This document shows positions 13,593 to 26,318 of a DNA stretch of 64,000 nucleotides, piece after piece (position 1 is the stretch's first letter; each line of letters begins with the position of its first letter). The stretch covers positions 75,454,001 through 75,518,000 of the forward strand of contig OZ024742.1 in the NCBI GenBank assembly GCA_964016885.1, in the 5' to 3' direction. Made by a program: the position numbers and the translations under genes. The notes under the pieces were generated by a model. That model was given only the letters and a program-made list of their open reading frames with translations. It had not been told where the DNA came from and ran no database searches. Source of the stretch: Eledone cirrhosa (Eukaryota).

Positions 13593-14180
13593 GTCAGGTC
13601 ACCAGTTGGTGCTACTGGTAACATGTATCCCAGTACAACCTGTCTCATGGTCGGGTCGTTGGCGACTAGACTGGCAATCCCACCAAGGTTTCTTGGTGAG
13701 GAGGGTGAGTTTGGACATCCTGCAGGACTAAAAACAAAACCTGGCAGAGGAGCTCTTAAAAGTCAATGGCCATCCAAAATCACCGGGAGAGATGAACCCT
13801 TAGCCTTTGTCTAGGAGAAGGAAAACTCTGATATAACACCTGTAACCCTGATGGTATCCAATGATGTTGACTTGTTCTTTTTGGTAAATATCATCTTTTT
13901 TAAGAGAGTGAGACTGTCTTTGTGCAGTGCCTTTGCTCACTATAAAAGCTTCACGGCCCAGGCATTGCTTTATATCTGGAGATCTCTTTGCACTTGTCAT
14001 CACATGGTACCATGGGCCCAGCACTATGTGTCAATAATTGTAACAAGTGTAGTGTTTGTACCAGAGTTTTCAAGTCGCTGGCTGGACTAAAACGTCACAC
14101 TCGTTCAGCGCATCGGTGGGGGTTCTCCTACATGGATATAAAGTAGTGGCCGTACTCGAAAACGAGTTGGCAGCCACCAT
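13593..14180 (+). mobile_element. ~600-bp non-autonomous RTE-derived element, copy 2
   Basis: Contains the RTE 5'-UTR-like motif CTAGGAGAAGGAAAACTCTGA (~13811-13831), the C2H2 remnant and the RTE tail with (GTAT)n. Confidence 0.82.
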
Positions 14181-15249
14181 GTATGTATGTATGTGTGTGT
14201 ATGCATGTATATACGTATGTATGCATGTATAATTTATGTATGCATAGATGTATGTATGTGTGTGTGTTTAGAAAATATATGTATGTATGTTTGTAAATAT
14301 ATATCTATATATCCGTTAGCTCAAAGTTTTATTTTCCTTTTGATGTGAACCCTTTTAACAATATTATATGAATTATTTTAACATAAATTATGCGATGAAT
14401 ATGTATGGAATTAGCCACTTAATGTGGAAATATTGAATTCATGTGTGCATTCTCTATTTTATTATTTAAATCATGTTACATATTACGAAAGTAGGGTCAC
14501 TTACCATTAGTTATACGTTGTAATACGAAACACCATGTTAAATAATGTTCAGAATGTCCATATTTCAATATAATTTGTAACAAAAGCTACACGTCAGATT
14601 GACTATACATATCATTCATATATCGTTTTCTCTTTTTCCTAAGCTGGTATCCATTAAATTATCATATGTTATGCTGCAGTTTTAAATATATCATTCATGG
14701 CAAATCTAAAAATGAAAATGAACGATAAAAAAAGAATGAGAGATTTGTAAAAAATTGATGTTTTACAAGCTCCTGAATAACAATGTAATTATATTAATGC
14801 TTATTTAAATATTCCCCGGAGTCTACGAAATGAATGCTCAAAGTCAATATTTTGTTAACATGTTCTATTAAAATACTTTTTACAAGAAAAAAGAAAACAG
14901 AAATAAAATATCAACTATAATTTTGAAGTCCATGAATAACTTTAATTATATTAATGTGTATTTAAATTTCATTCCAGGATTCCAAAATAAATGCATGTTT
15001 AGTTGCATGGTGTCGTTAATGTTTAGCTAAAAATAATTTAAGTTCATTCATGTGGAAAATCCTCTCAAAGCAACCGCATCAAATATACACTTCAGCATAG
15101 TGGTTATTGCAACCATTGAATGCTTAGTCTTCCAGTTGTGGTTCAAGAGAAATTTAACCCTTCCCTTTTGACACTATATGTTCAGGATAATATGAATTTA
15201 GTACAACAAAATAAGCAAACACACGTCAATTCGGGAGTGCTGCTGAAGT

Positions 15250-17590
15250 ATGCAGATATATTACAGCTAGTTGTAATGGGCAACCAGAGCAAAACACAGC
15301 ATCTACATATACTAAAATTCGTTAATCCCTTCTTAACCGTATGTCTTCGGTTACGAGGTACTCTAATATATCAAAATATATTTGTAAGAAATGTGTATCA
15401 ATTGCACATGAATACTAGATTTTATCAATAAGGTATTTGCTCAGTCTGAACATGCCGATCTTATTCATGAAGTTTATGAACAGTGGAGGTGACAATGCAC
15501 ACCCATGATGAAGTCAAACACCCACTTTACTAGCTTCGATTTAACATCATTTATCTGAATGTAAATACATGAGAATTCGTATAGGGATTTCAAGACAGTA
15601 TAAATCTGTCATAGAATGCTACGTTTACATGAAGGCTTTCACAACACCAAGGAACATGGTCGTATGTTTCTTTGAAGTCTACGAAACAAGCACACACCTC
15701 TTAGCAATGCTCCCACGATTTCTTGGAAGCTTGCCGCAGAGTAAATATTTGATCTGTTGTGCTACGTCCTGGGCGAAAACAATATTGTTCGTAAGCAAAC
15801 TTGATCTTGACAATAATCCAAAAATTCAATCTCCTTTTTTAATATTTTCATTTTCTCAATTATTGTTTTGACATTGAAATCAGAAATTTTGATTGTTAAT
15901 TGACCAAAACATCAAGCCTGCAATAAGGGACTATTTTAAACTTTTATCACAACTGTTGACATTGTAGGCTATATCTTTCAAACGCTCTAATCGTTGTTTC
16001 ATTGTTTTTACCTGGGAGTATAGATAATACGATGTGTACACCTTTCCATCTTTCATAGGTATACATCGGAGAATGGTAACCATATATATGATCGGTGTTC
16101 ATACAGGTTCGAATGCATACTAAATGAATCGTGCTTTAGAAAGTATCTCTTGAAGCCCAGTATGTCATTTGGTAGAACGTAGAAACCTAGTTAGGTATAT
16201 CCACATCCATATGCTAGAGTATATTCTGACACATACCATTGTTTAGTTTAGTTCACCAATATATTTGTAACATTCCCAAATGGAATGCATGCTACACAAT
16301 CTATTATCATACTGTAATCAATTTTTGGCCTATCTTTATTATATCGTTTGTGACAAATAACACTATATTTACACAAGCCTATACAATCACAAACATGACA
16401 AACTGAATGTATTCCCAATTACCTTACAAAATGTGTGTGTAGCAAACTTAAATTCTGTCTGAGAAATATTTGTTTTTCAAAACCAATCTCATCATCCTGT
16501 ATAACGTTCTCGATTGGTGTTATGAAAAGCATTTATTTTCCAGTTTGTCTCATATATTTCAAAGGCATTTTGAGGCTGGGGGCATTTTCTGCAGAGAAGC
16601 TCACCAAAATAGCATGTCTTTAGGGATCCATTTATCATTCACTCGTACAGGGTCTCCGGCTGAAGGTAAAGAGATTTCGGTTTCCCTTAAATTGTCTGTA
16701 TTTTGAACTCGCGAAGCCCTGCTGGTCAAGAAAATGTGGCATACATATCTTTGATCAGAATACTCAAGAAAGTTTTCACATACAATACAGGTAAAAGTCT
16801 CATGTCTCAAAGGAGTAACGAAAATATATCTATAAATATGTACGGTGGCCAGTACATTTGGTTAACTCGGAATCTCATTGAACAAGAAATTAAAGTACCT
16901 TGAAATAATTGGTTACCTTCTAAAGCTCGTGAGACATTTCATAATACAAGAAGCATGGATGGCAAGAAGAATTTTCTATTATTTTCAGTTTTGTGTTTTC
17001 TATATAGATTCACTTGTAAATATTTTGAAAAGATAGGGACATTACAATGGTTTTGATTAGAATATTGTTGAGACCTACAAGGATATAGAAAGCTGGTCGA
17101 TGAGAATTTACATTTCTTCAATAATCGGAATAATCTGCATAAAGGATCACGAATAAGTAATTGAGGGGATTTAGAACTGGCTGCAAAAACACTGCACATT
17201 GAAGAAACGTGTTGTGAGTCATCACCTTAGTCATGCTCTGGAATAGAAGTCGGCAGCAAAAATATGAGCACAAGCAATACCATAATTCAAGGAAAACAGA
17301 CCAGGGCGCTACAATACAACGTTCTTTGATACTATTTTCTATAGGAATACGCTGGTCATGATCTTACTAATATTTGCCCATAACAACATTAATTAATTAC
17401 ACAAAGTGATATGGAGAAACAATTCTGCTGAGAATGTTTCATACGAATTTCCTATTCACAAAACCGAAGAATTTGGCTGCATCAATGGAAAGCTGGAAAA
17501 TATCCATAACCTGCTCATAGAAATTGCTCTGATATAGTCTACTTAATAATATACCGGATGTTCCTCTATCACAACTTTGTTCTCCCAAAT
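15250..17590 (-). pseudogene. Probable decayed Mab-21/cGAS-like receptor (cGLR) nucleotidyltransferase pseudogene
   Basis: Ordered motifs across frameshifts: LFQGTLI..ELTK..YIFV (~16905-16815), ACVNIVL (~16375), IIDCVACIP (~16310-16280), GFYVLP, WLPFS..YE..IVLSILP (~16080-16010), KQRLERLKDIA..LIAGLMFW (~16000-15900), C..THFLQIYF (~15400). The catalytic GS and D/E-x-D are not intact. Confidence 0.45.
15445..15825 (-). mobile_element. Internal RT fragment of an RTE LINE inserted into the putative cGLR pseudogene
   Basis: Minus-strand EQYCFRPGRSTTDQIFTLRQ...CFVDFKETYDHVP...GCALSPPLF. Confidence 0.85.
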
Positions 17591-17699
17591 GAGCAGCAAA
17601 AAATTAATAAGAAAAATGAAATTGTCGATCGACATTTCGTCAAATCGGAAACAATGTTTCCGTTGGTCTTTCCAATTGCTAATACTATCTATCGGTCGC

Positions 17700-17832
17700 A
17701 ACTCCAGGCAGAAGGAGCAACGTGAAATAAAGTGTCTTGCTCAAGGACATAACGCATCTCCCGGTCCAGGAGTCGAACTGACAACCTCACGATTGCGAAT
17801 ATAGTTCTCTAACCAATCAGTCAGATGCCTCC
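17700..17832 (-). mobile_element. 5' part of a tRNA-headed SINE (second family)
   Basis: Minus strand has a B-box-like GTTCGACTCC followed by GTCCTTGAGCAAGACACTTTATTTCACGTTGCTC. Confidence 0.7.
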
Positions 17833-17989
17833 TCTATATTGCGAAAATATGAGTAAAATCTATAGTAAAAAATGTAAACTCGAACATAGTCACGCAATTA
17901 ATAGCACACAAACATGCATCAATCAAACATAAACTCATGCATGCATTCGTACATACATACATATATATAACTATTTAAATTCTACTTCA

Positions 17990-18077
17990 GCATTGACTAG
18001 TCTTTTCTCTCGGTCGTCACCTACATACGGATATATAGGAAAATGTTTAACCCTGACGGCAGAGCTCAAGCCGTTTA
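17990..18077 (-). mobile_element. Fragment related to the palindromic HHR-half element at 47.2 and 56.5 kb
   Basis: Minus strand AAACGGCTTGAGCTCTGCCGTC matches AAACGGCTTGAGCTCAGCCGTC; sits in (AT)n. Confidence 0.55.
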
Positions 18078-21000
18078 TATACATATATATATATATATAT
18101 GGTTGACCTCTGCACAGTTTGTGCGTAGAAAACATTTGATAGCTGTGCCGCAAAGTGGTATTGAACCCGGAATCAGATATTCGATATACAACCATATTTG
18201 CCCCTATATTTGCAAATCGAAATTCTTAAAACCGTAAATGTATACAGAGACGCAAATTTGAATTATTCAAAGCTTACAACTTCATTTATGTTGCTACCCA
18301 TAAGACCTTTAACGTTCATTTTATCTCTCAATCTCTCATACTTATAACTGTAGCGGACGATATAGAAATCGGAGAATGAAAATGATTCTGGGAATATTTT
18401 TATTTCAATTTTATATTGAATAGAAGCTTTCGAACCTTTGTTTCGATTAGTGTCCACAGAATAATTCATAAATAGATGTAACTATTCACGCATTGAAATT
18501 AAACTCCCTTTTTATGATGTTAATAACTTTTCTGGTCAATTTCGTTTTTGTTTTCTAAATAAATAGTATCGAAATGTTTCTTAGAACCCAGCTATAAACT
18601 GGTAAAATATTAACTTTAATGTTGTTTGGTTTTGTTAAATTTCTTGTTTTTCTTTCTTTTAGTAGGCTATTTGCAGCAACTGTCACCATGGTAATAGAGG
18701 TTTTATTTTTGCCGTATCATTTCTGATGGGGTTATTGCTTGCATTGTTATAATGGGCAAATATTTGGCGGTAATGCTGGGAAGGAAATCAATTCTGAAGT
18801 CATCGAACAATTAGAAACTGATTTCAAAGACGTAATTAGTGCTATTGCGTTTGGAACGTTATCAAATTAAATGTTTTTGTTTGAAAGATTTTGTTTTAGT
18901 TAATGAAATTTTTTCAGAAATCAGTTCAATGTATTTTAGTTTGTTTAAAAAATATGATATCTAAAACAAAACCTAACAATTTTTTTCTGTTTGTTTTTGT
19001 TTCTAAAAGAAACATAACCTAATACGAATGAAAATAGAACAGAAAATTTCTCTTCTTGCAACACCCATATCATGATTAATATCAATAACATAATTACGGT
19101 ATTGACTTAAATAATACCGATCTTCATCTGAACGAAAACTGCAAAGGCGGATCAAAAAGCATTGTATTTTCTCACTTGTATTATTGTAATAAACAAAAAT
19201 AAAACAAAACAAAAACAAAACAATAGAACTATAATTAATTCAGTCATATATATTTACACACAGGTTAGAAAATAAATGCCGCATTTTGTCGGTATTCCTT
19301 AATGTTTCAAACATGAAGATTTTCTAGATTTTATGAATTTTATTTTTCTTGTTATATCCGCAATTTTGGTAAGCAATAGTAGAAACTCAAGCATTAGAGT
19401 ATCAAGAGGGTAACAAAAAATATCTAAGTTTAAAACAGTGATTTTTTGTATTACAGAAATCTAGATATAATTTGCAAAATAAGAAAACGTTCTCATTATT
19501 GACATCCTAGCTGTTTTTTTTCCAGGGAATTAATGCGTTCTGAAGAGGTTTCCCATCGTTATTTACTTTTAATAATGAATTATCAGAAGCGGTTCTCGAA
19601 GATTGTCACCTATTTTCTACATGTAAGCTAAAAATGCGTTGTTCAGATACTCTTAATAGTTTTGATTTTTGATTCAACAAAATGCTAGTTAGGAGTATAC
19701 ATATTTTACTCACAAATTAATCTATCTTACATGCTATGACATATGTGGGAAAACTGTGCTGTGCCGCAATTTAGCACAAATCTGTACTAATAAATGTGTA
19801 TAAGATTGCTATACCAATTGATTTTAATACACAGAGTTGGAGACTAATACTAATACTATAATACGATGCTGAGTAAAAGTTGTACTAAATCTATAAGTTG
19901 CCGAGCAAATGTACTGGGCATTGACTCAGATTATTTTGCATAGGTAATATGATACCAGCTGGTGATCTGGTGTATCGATACTGGTAATTATAACATAATT
20001 TTATAGAATAGCAAATTGGTGAATAGACGACATTGTTTGAATGCCTGTTGGTTACAGCAATAATATTTCAATTACTAGGAAAATCAATGTACATTTCGTA
20101 GCCATTAAATTCATTTCAATGTTTGATAATGAAATACTATATAGTTATCGATTTGGTAATGCATGGCGTATAAAAATGCTTTACTGAACCGAAATCATTA
20201 GTTTTGTTTGCCATACTACAATACCGTTTTTCCTTGCGGCTTTGAAGATGAACTTCTGTAATTCTTCTCGAATATAATATATATATAAAAAGCCCCAGTC
20301 CTTTTGTGAGACATTTGTTTCAAAAATCTTCCTTTTGTTTCCCCATCAACGTTATTTGAAACAAAAGGCAGTGCTATGTCTTAAAGTCTTTCTTAATTAC
20401 GTGCCGTAAATAGCGTAATAAACAAACAATTCTATTGAAATCTCGTGTTTTTATAAAAGTATTAAGCTTAATACTTTTGAGTAGTTTCATCATTTATTTC
20501 TCTTGCAAATTAACAACCATAGAGATTCGCATCTTCCTTTAAGATCCACAGTTTAAAACATGACATTAAAATAGGAATAAAAAAATCCAGCTTTGTTGTA
20601 AACTACGAAAACTATAGCTTGTATTCTATTCACAATGCTTCCTGAAATTGGTTACTCAAAAGAGTAGATTAATTATGAGAGCTATGTAACAATGACATTG
20701 TTAATTGAAGTCGTTGTTTCAAAACCTTTAACAATATTACACATTTTAAAAATATTAGGTAAGAAGCTTTCTTTTGTTTTTTTATTTCCTCTTTAGCAAC
20801 AGAATAATTACGGAAATAAATCTTCCTTTATTACACTGGCCTAAGAAGTAGAGGAAGCTTTTAATACGGTTGCAATTAGCATTAATAACATTCTCTGTTA
20901 TGAAGTGAAAAAAAATTTGTTAATTTTTACCGAACGGATATGATTGGAATATCTGCAACGAATGTGTACGTTGGAAAATTAATCGATTATATCTACGGTG

Positions 21001-21179
21001 AATTGATGATTTAGTAGTTCAGATGGTGACCTAACAGGTACTTGATTGTTGATTCGCAGAGACCTGATAATGCGAATATTTGCTTCCCTGACAAATGTAT
21101 ATAAAACTCAGTGATGTGAAAGCTGGTAAATAGTGCAACGTTCGTTTTATATATATATATATATATATATATGAATATA

Positions 21180-21504
21180 TTTATTGTTATGCTTTGGGAG
21201 GGTCATGCTACCAATAAAAACTAAAAACGCACGCACCTGTTTGTTTCACTTCATTTTATTATAAATTTCCGGTTGGTTGGTTCAATGACCGGGTGGTTGT
21301 TTATATATTGTCAAAGTTCTTTCGTCACACATTGACTGCGTTATATTTTGTGTCTCCACTCTGTTCTGTCCTACACGAGCTAAATGCTTATATGCCTTCT
21401 CCCCAAAAGAACATTTTACGTTTCTTCTGCCTCCTTTCATCTATCTTTCTATATATTCTTTTATCTCTATTTCCATCTTCTGACGAAGGACTACCGTCCG
21501 AATC

Positions 21505-21510
<6 letters not shown>
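21180..21510 (+). mobile_element. Probable PLE pLTR remnant with a decayed hammerhead
   Basis: CTGACGA-A-GGAC-TACC-GTCC-GAATC at 21480-21504; embedded in (AT)n. Confidence 0.55.
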
Positions 21511-21572
<62 letters not shown>

Positions 21573-21593
21573 GTGTGTGTGTGTGTGTCTGTA

Positions 21594-21781
21594 TAATTGT
21601 TTCTACTTTTGGTACAAGGTCAGCAGTTATCCCACTGTATTACTGGTATTTCATTTTATTGACCACGTAAGGATGAAAGCAAAGTTAATCTAGGCGGAAT
21701 TTGAACTCAGATCATAAAGGGCCGTAACTCTTTGCCGCAAAGGATGGCGTCCGACCCTCTCCTGATACTACCAATCCACCG
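21594..21781 (-). mobile_element. Octopod-type SINE
   Basis: Reverse complement of the CTGAGTTCAAAT...CTTTCATCCTTACG...AATAAA(G)TACCAGT core. Confidence 0.85.
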
Positions 21782-21789
21782 TGTATACA

Positions 21790-21965
21790 TAATTGTTTCT
21801 ACTTTTGGCACAAGGTCAGCAATTACCCAATAGATTACTGGTACTTTATTTTATCGACCCCGTAAGGATGAAAGGCAAAGTTAACCACGGCGGGATTTGA
21901 ACTCACATCGTCAAGGGACATAACTATGCTGGAAAGCATGTCCGACCCTCTACGGATACTGCCAA
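21790..21965 (-). mobile_element. Octopod-type SINE (tandem with the previous copy)
   Basis: Same core sequence. Confidence 0.87.
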
Positions 21966-22167
21966 CACACAGTAATAATTACAGTTGGTACTTGTTTCAG
22001 CATTCAAAGCTTTTACGGGAATCGGAAATACAGTGTCAAGAAGTGTGGAATAACGCGAACATCTGTTATAGGTGTAATAGGTAGAGTGCTTACATTTAGA
22101 AATAGATAAATGTTGCAGTTCAACATACTTTATTAGTAATCACGCATAGCAATTGGTCATTATTGAC

Positions 22168-22356
22168 TCGGTGGATTGGCAGTATCGGTAGAGAGTCGGA
22201 CACCATGCTTTGAAGCATAGTTACGTCCCTTTATGATCTGAGTTCAAATCCTGCCGAGGTTAACTTTGCCTTTCATCCTTACGGGGTCGATAAAATAAAG
22301 TACCAGTAATGTACTGGGTAATTGCTGGCCTTGTGCCTAAAATAGAAACAATTATT
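22168..22356 (+). mobile_element. Octopod-type SINE
   Basis: GGTGGATTGGCAGTATCGGTAGAG...CTGAGTTCAAATCC...GGGGTCGATAAAATAAAGTACCAGT. Confidence 0.88.
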
Positions 22357-22419
22357 GACTCGACACCAAGATCGATTTCTTCAACAGACCCCATGGAGAT
22401 TAGAATTGTCATTTGTCCA

Positions 22420-22460
<41 letters not shown>

Positions 22461-22679
22461 CTCTCTCCCTCTCTCTCTCACTCTCTCTCTCTATATATAT
22501 ATATATACATATATACACATATATTTGGTTCGTTGAATATATATATATATTCAAAATATTAATAAATGAGAAATACTTTCACATAACCAAAGTATATATT
22601 TTATTATATATATTTCAAGTTTTAAAATGAATTCGTTGAATAATCAACGAAACATAAACTGTTGGTTATATATATAATC

Positions 22680-22952
22680 CCGACCGCGGTGCCAAGCAGT
22701 TTCGGCTAGGTGATCACTGAGTAGTTGGACTAGGGTCGGAAAAAAGTGCTCTACCGAGGGAGCTACGGTATAAAGAGAGTCTGGGGCGCTGAGACCGAAG
22801 AAAGCACTAATCAGGTGAGTACTCGATATACGGGAGATGTGGAGTGGGTATAGAGATATATCAAATCCTGACCTTGGCGCCAAGCGGTTTCGGCTAGGCG
22901 ATGATAGTGTTGTTAGATTAGGGTTGGAAAAAGTGATCCACCGAGGGAGCTA

Positions 22953-22955
<3 letters not shown>
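22680..22955. repeat. Partial tandem duplication, period ~188 bp
   Basis: gccaagc.gtttcggctagg...ccgagggagcta at ~22690 and ~22878. Confidence 0.7.
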
Positions 22956-23045
<90 letters not shown>

Positions 23046-23395
23046 CAGATAAAGGGAAGGATGAATGTTGATAATTATCAAGTTTTAGCTTATAAGGGAC
23101 ATATAAGCTTTAGGCTGGATGCCTTTCAAAATGAGCAGATGTAAACAAGAACTCTTTTTAAATTAAGTTCAATGAACGGCTAGTATTCTCCCAAAAGCAT
23201 ATTATTTACTCTGGAGATACCAACTATTTAAGTTATGGCCAGTTAAACTGTTGCGCCATGTCATCTCATTATTTCATGAAAGACTCATGTCAAAACATTT
23301 TGCCTCTCTTTTCATCGTTTGTGCTTATTTCATTACTATTGGAGGCCAACCCACAATTGTCTAATACAAATCTTTTGACCATGCGTTGATGTATA

Positions 23396-23588
23396 ATAAT
23401 GGTTTCTACTTTAGGCACAAGGCCAGTAATTACCCAGTGCATTACTGGTACTTTATTTTATCGACCCCGTAAGGATGAAAGGCAAAGTCAACCTCGGCGG
23501 GATTTGAACTCAGATCGTAAAGAGACGTAACTCTATTCTTCAAAGCATGGCGTCCGACCCTCTACCAATACTGCCAATCCACCGCCCT
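23396..23588 (-). mobile_element. Octopod-type SINE
   Basis: Reverse complement of the same core. Confidence 0.88.
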
Positions 23589-23715
23589 ATGTTGATGTAT
23601 AATAATACCATGTAGATGTATAATAATTTACAAAATGACTACATAAAAGAACTCATATAAATAGAATGAATGTGCTTGGTCATAATCGAAGTTACTCACT
23701 GAATAACGTCTGCTA

Positions 23716-23717
<2 letters not shown>

Positions 23718-23774
<57 letters not shown>

Positions 23775-23929
23775 TTATTATTATTTTTCTTCTTCTCCCC
23801 TCTGCTCCTCCTGCACCTTCTCCTCATCCTCCTCCTCCTCCTCCTCCTCCTCCTCATACACCACCCTCCTCCTCCTACACCCTCCTCCTCCTCGTCCTTC
23901 TTCTTCTTCTTCTTTTTCTTCTTCTTCTT

Positions 23930-24001
<72 letters not shown>
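23718..24001. repeat. Compound (TTC)n/(TCC)n/(TTA)n microsatellite
   Basis: Direct reading. Confidence 0.97.
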
Positions 24002-24183
24002 GAATGCCATGGCTGACGGAGGCTCGGCTCTGTAAGGTATTGTAAATTTTGACCGCTATAACAATTGTAAATTGTTTAAAACTTTAACCAAATTGTAGAT
24101 AAAAACACCCTCCTCCTCGTGAGAGATATCTTTCTGCCCGTTATTTGGCCCTTCGGGGTTAAATAACCACTTATTGGGGTTTT

Positions 24184-26284
24184 GTGCCCAATATTCATTT
24201 TAAACCCCCCAAAAACCTGGCTACAAAAAATAATTTTCACAAGTCACTCCCACTCATTCCGTCTTCTTCCTCAATCGTCACTACATCAGAGAGAAGATTG
24301 TCTCTCTCCTTCCCGTCTCTTGTGCAAGCGACGCCAGTAAAGAAAAAGAAAAATATAGTTTCTGATAGTTTCCTCGAGCACGTGCAAACCGAGGAACATT
24401 TCTCCACGACGACGACAACGACAAATAATATGTGCGGTAAATACGGAAAGCCATTTCATTCGTCTGACGTCATGAATAATAGGAGTAGCAGCCGTAATAA
24501 TAGCAGCAGCAGCAACAGTGACAAGGAAAACAACAGTAGCAGCCGCAACAGCATCAGCCGCAGCAGCAACAACAACAGCAGCAGCAGCAACAAAAACAAC
24601 AACCACAGCAACAGCGGTAGCGGGAGTCGTAGTACCAGCATCAACATCAAAAGTAACAGCAGCTCTGACGACAACAACAACAACAAGAAAGAAAAACCAA
24701 TCTCATTTGCAGGTATCGCAAAGAACCTGGAAACCATCCTATAACAAATGTGGAATTACAGGAAGCAAAGAAGATGGTGACGAAAACCGGACACCGAGTA
24801 ATCTGCATGACAGCCGAAATTTTTTTCGAAACCCAACAGCACTGTACGGTCACGTACCGTACAGTAAGCACAAAATCTCGTAGGGTTGAAAGAGCCATAG
24901 AAGCGCAATACAAAAAACTTAGGGTCTGTGTGGCAGCGGAAAACGCATATCACCCGAGGCAAGAAATAGACATGCTTTTTGTCACACCCCAGGAGGCAAA
25001 GGCTCAATCCTTAGTGAACCTAAGAAGCGAGGACATGGTGTTGGTGCCCTCCTACTGCGGTCAAAAAATTGTGAGGCTCAAATATACCCAAGTCCCCCCC
25101 GGGATGGCCTCTTCTTGGCTGGCCGCGTCTGTCCTCGTCGGAATCGAGGACAAAACAACTGTGCTGCAAGTACAGAATAAAGTAAGAGAAGATTGGATCG
25201 GCAATCCAAACCAACCAGGAGTGCATCGAAGCTATCCCGGATGTGATAGACTTCGATAACGGCACTCAACTGCCCATGAGTGTTGAGGCCAAACGTCGAA
25301 ATGATTTCGCTGTGGATCGAAGACTCACCTCAGGGCCTTCTGCAATGAGAAGACCCTGAGAAAGAATAACACCCCCTCCTTCTGAAACCGGCTCCACTGC
25401 TACCAGCAACAGGACAAGCGGCAATCAGGAACGATAGGTCCGTGGCAACCATACCCACGCCACTGAAATCAAGAACAGCAGCAGCAGTGGAAGTATTAAC
25501 AACAACAACAGTAATACCAACTGCAGTTGCAACAGAGACTCCAGTGCAAACATCACCATCAACAACAAGTGAAAGAGTGGAGCTGGTATCTCTCCCCGAC
25601 CTCACAGAATCAGACATGGAGTGCGAGGTGGGAGAGGGATGGCAAAAGGTCGCAAGAAGGCACAAACGCAGAAGCAGCGCATCGTCGCCTTCGAAAAGGG
25701 AGGAAATAAATGAAAAAATGGTAAAGGCTACTGCAAAGAGATTTACAGCAGCAACACCACCAACACCATCACCACCCACACTAGCACCACCATCACCACC
25801 GGCGACAACCCCACCGCCAACAACAACAACACCTTCAAAATCACCACCACAAGCACCAACATCACAAACACAACAACAAAACACACACACCCAGCAACAA
25901 AGACAAGAAAATAGCAGAACCACAACCCACCCCCAGAAAAACAAATGTACGGCAATAAATACACACAACAAGAAACTAATGACTTACATAATTGAACACA
26001 GACATTTCACAGCACGACTACATAATACCAGCACCAATCAAAACACCAACGAACATAAGACTGGTAAGAATATCACAGAAACAATACACAAACATTAAAA
26101 CGAAATGCCCCAACGCAGTTGGTGATTTCAGAGACTAGGAGGGACTCTCAACCGGAGAGTATATTCGGACATACTCATGGAAGAGCCGACGACCAGCCGA
26201 AGTGACGATTCAACGGTCCCTTCACCAGACGATCAAGTGAAAAGGGATGGAGAAACCATCCTTCCTCTACGAAAAGTAAGGTAA
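24184..26284 (+). pseudogene. Tx1-A ORF1 (low-complexity N-terminus, gag-like knuckle, Pro/Thr-rich tail), disrupted
   Basis: PSY.G motif shared with the B and C ORF1s; *FRCGSKTHLRAFC knuckle at ~25302-25343. Confidence 0.7.
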
Positions 26285-26318
26285 GTGGTCTTTCCCATCT
26301 TTTCCACTCCATTTCAAC

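Noticed and set aside
13620-13680. Possible HDV-like ribozyme at the 5' end of the RTE-derived element (CCAGT/ACTGG pairing, GTCG-TTGG-CGAC, C-TAA)
   Set aside because: There is no room for a proper P1/P3/L3 nested pseudoknot, so a full fold could not be assigned by eye.
18250-21130. AT-rich unique sequence, possible host exons
   Set aside because: No convincing ORF, splice pattern or domain. A small exon cannot be excluded without RNA data, and the same applies to 36.1-37.6 kb.
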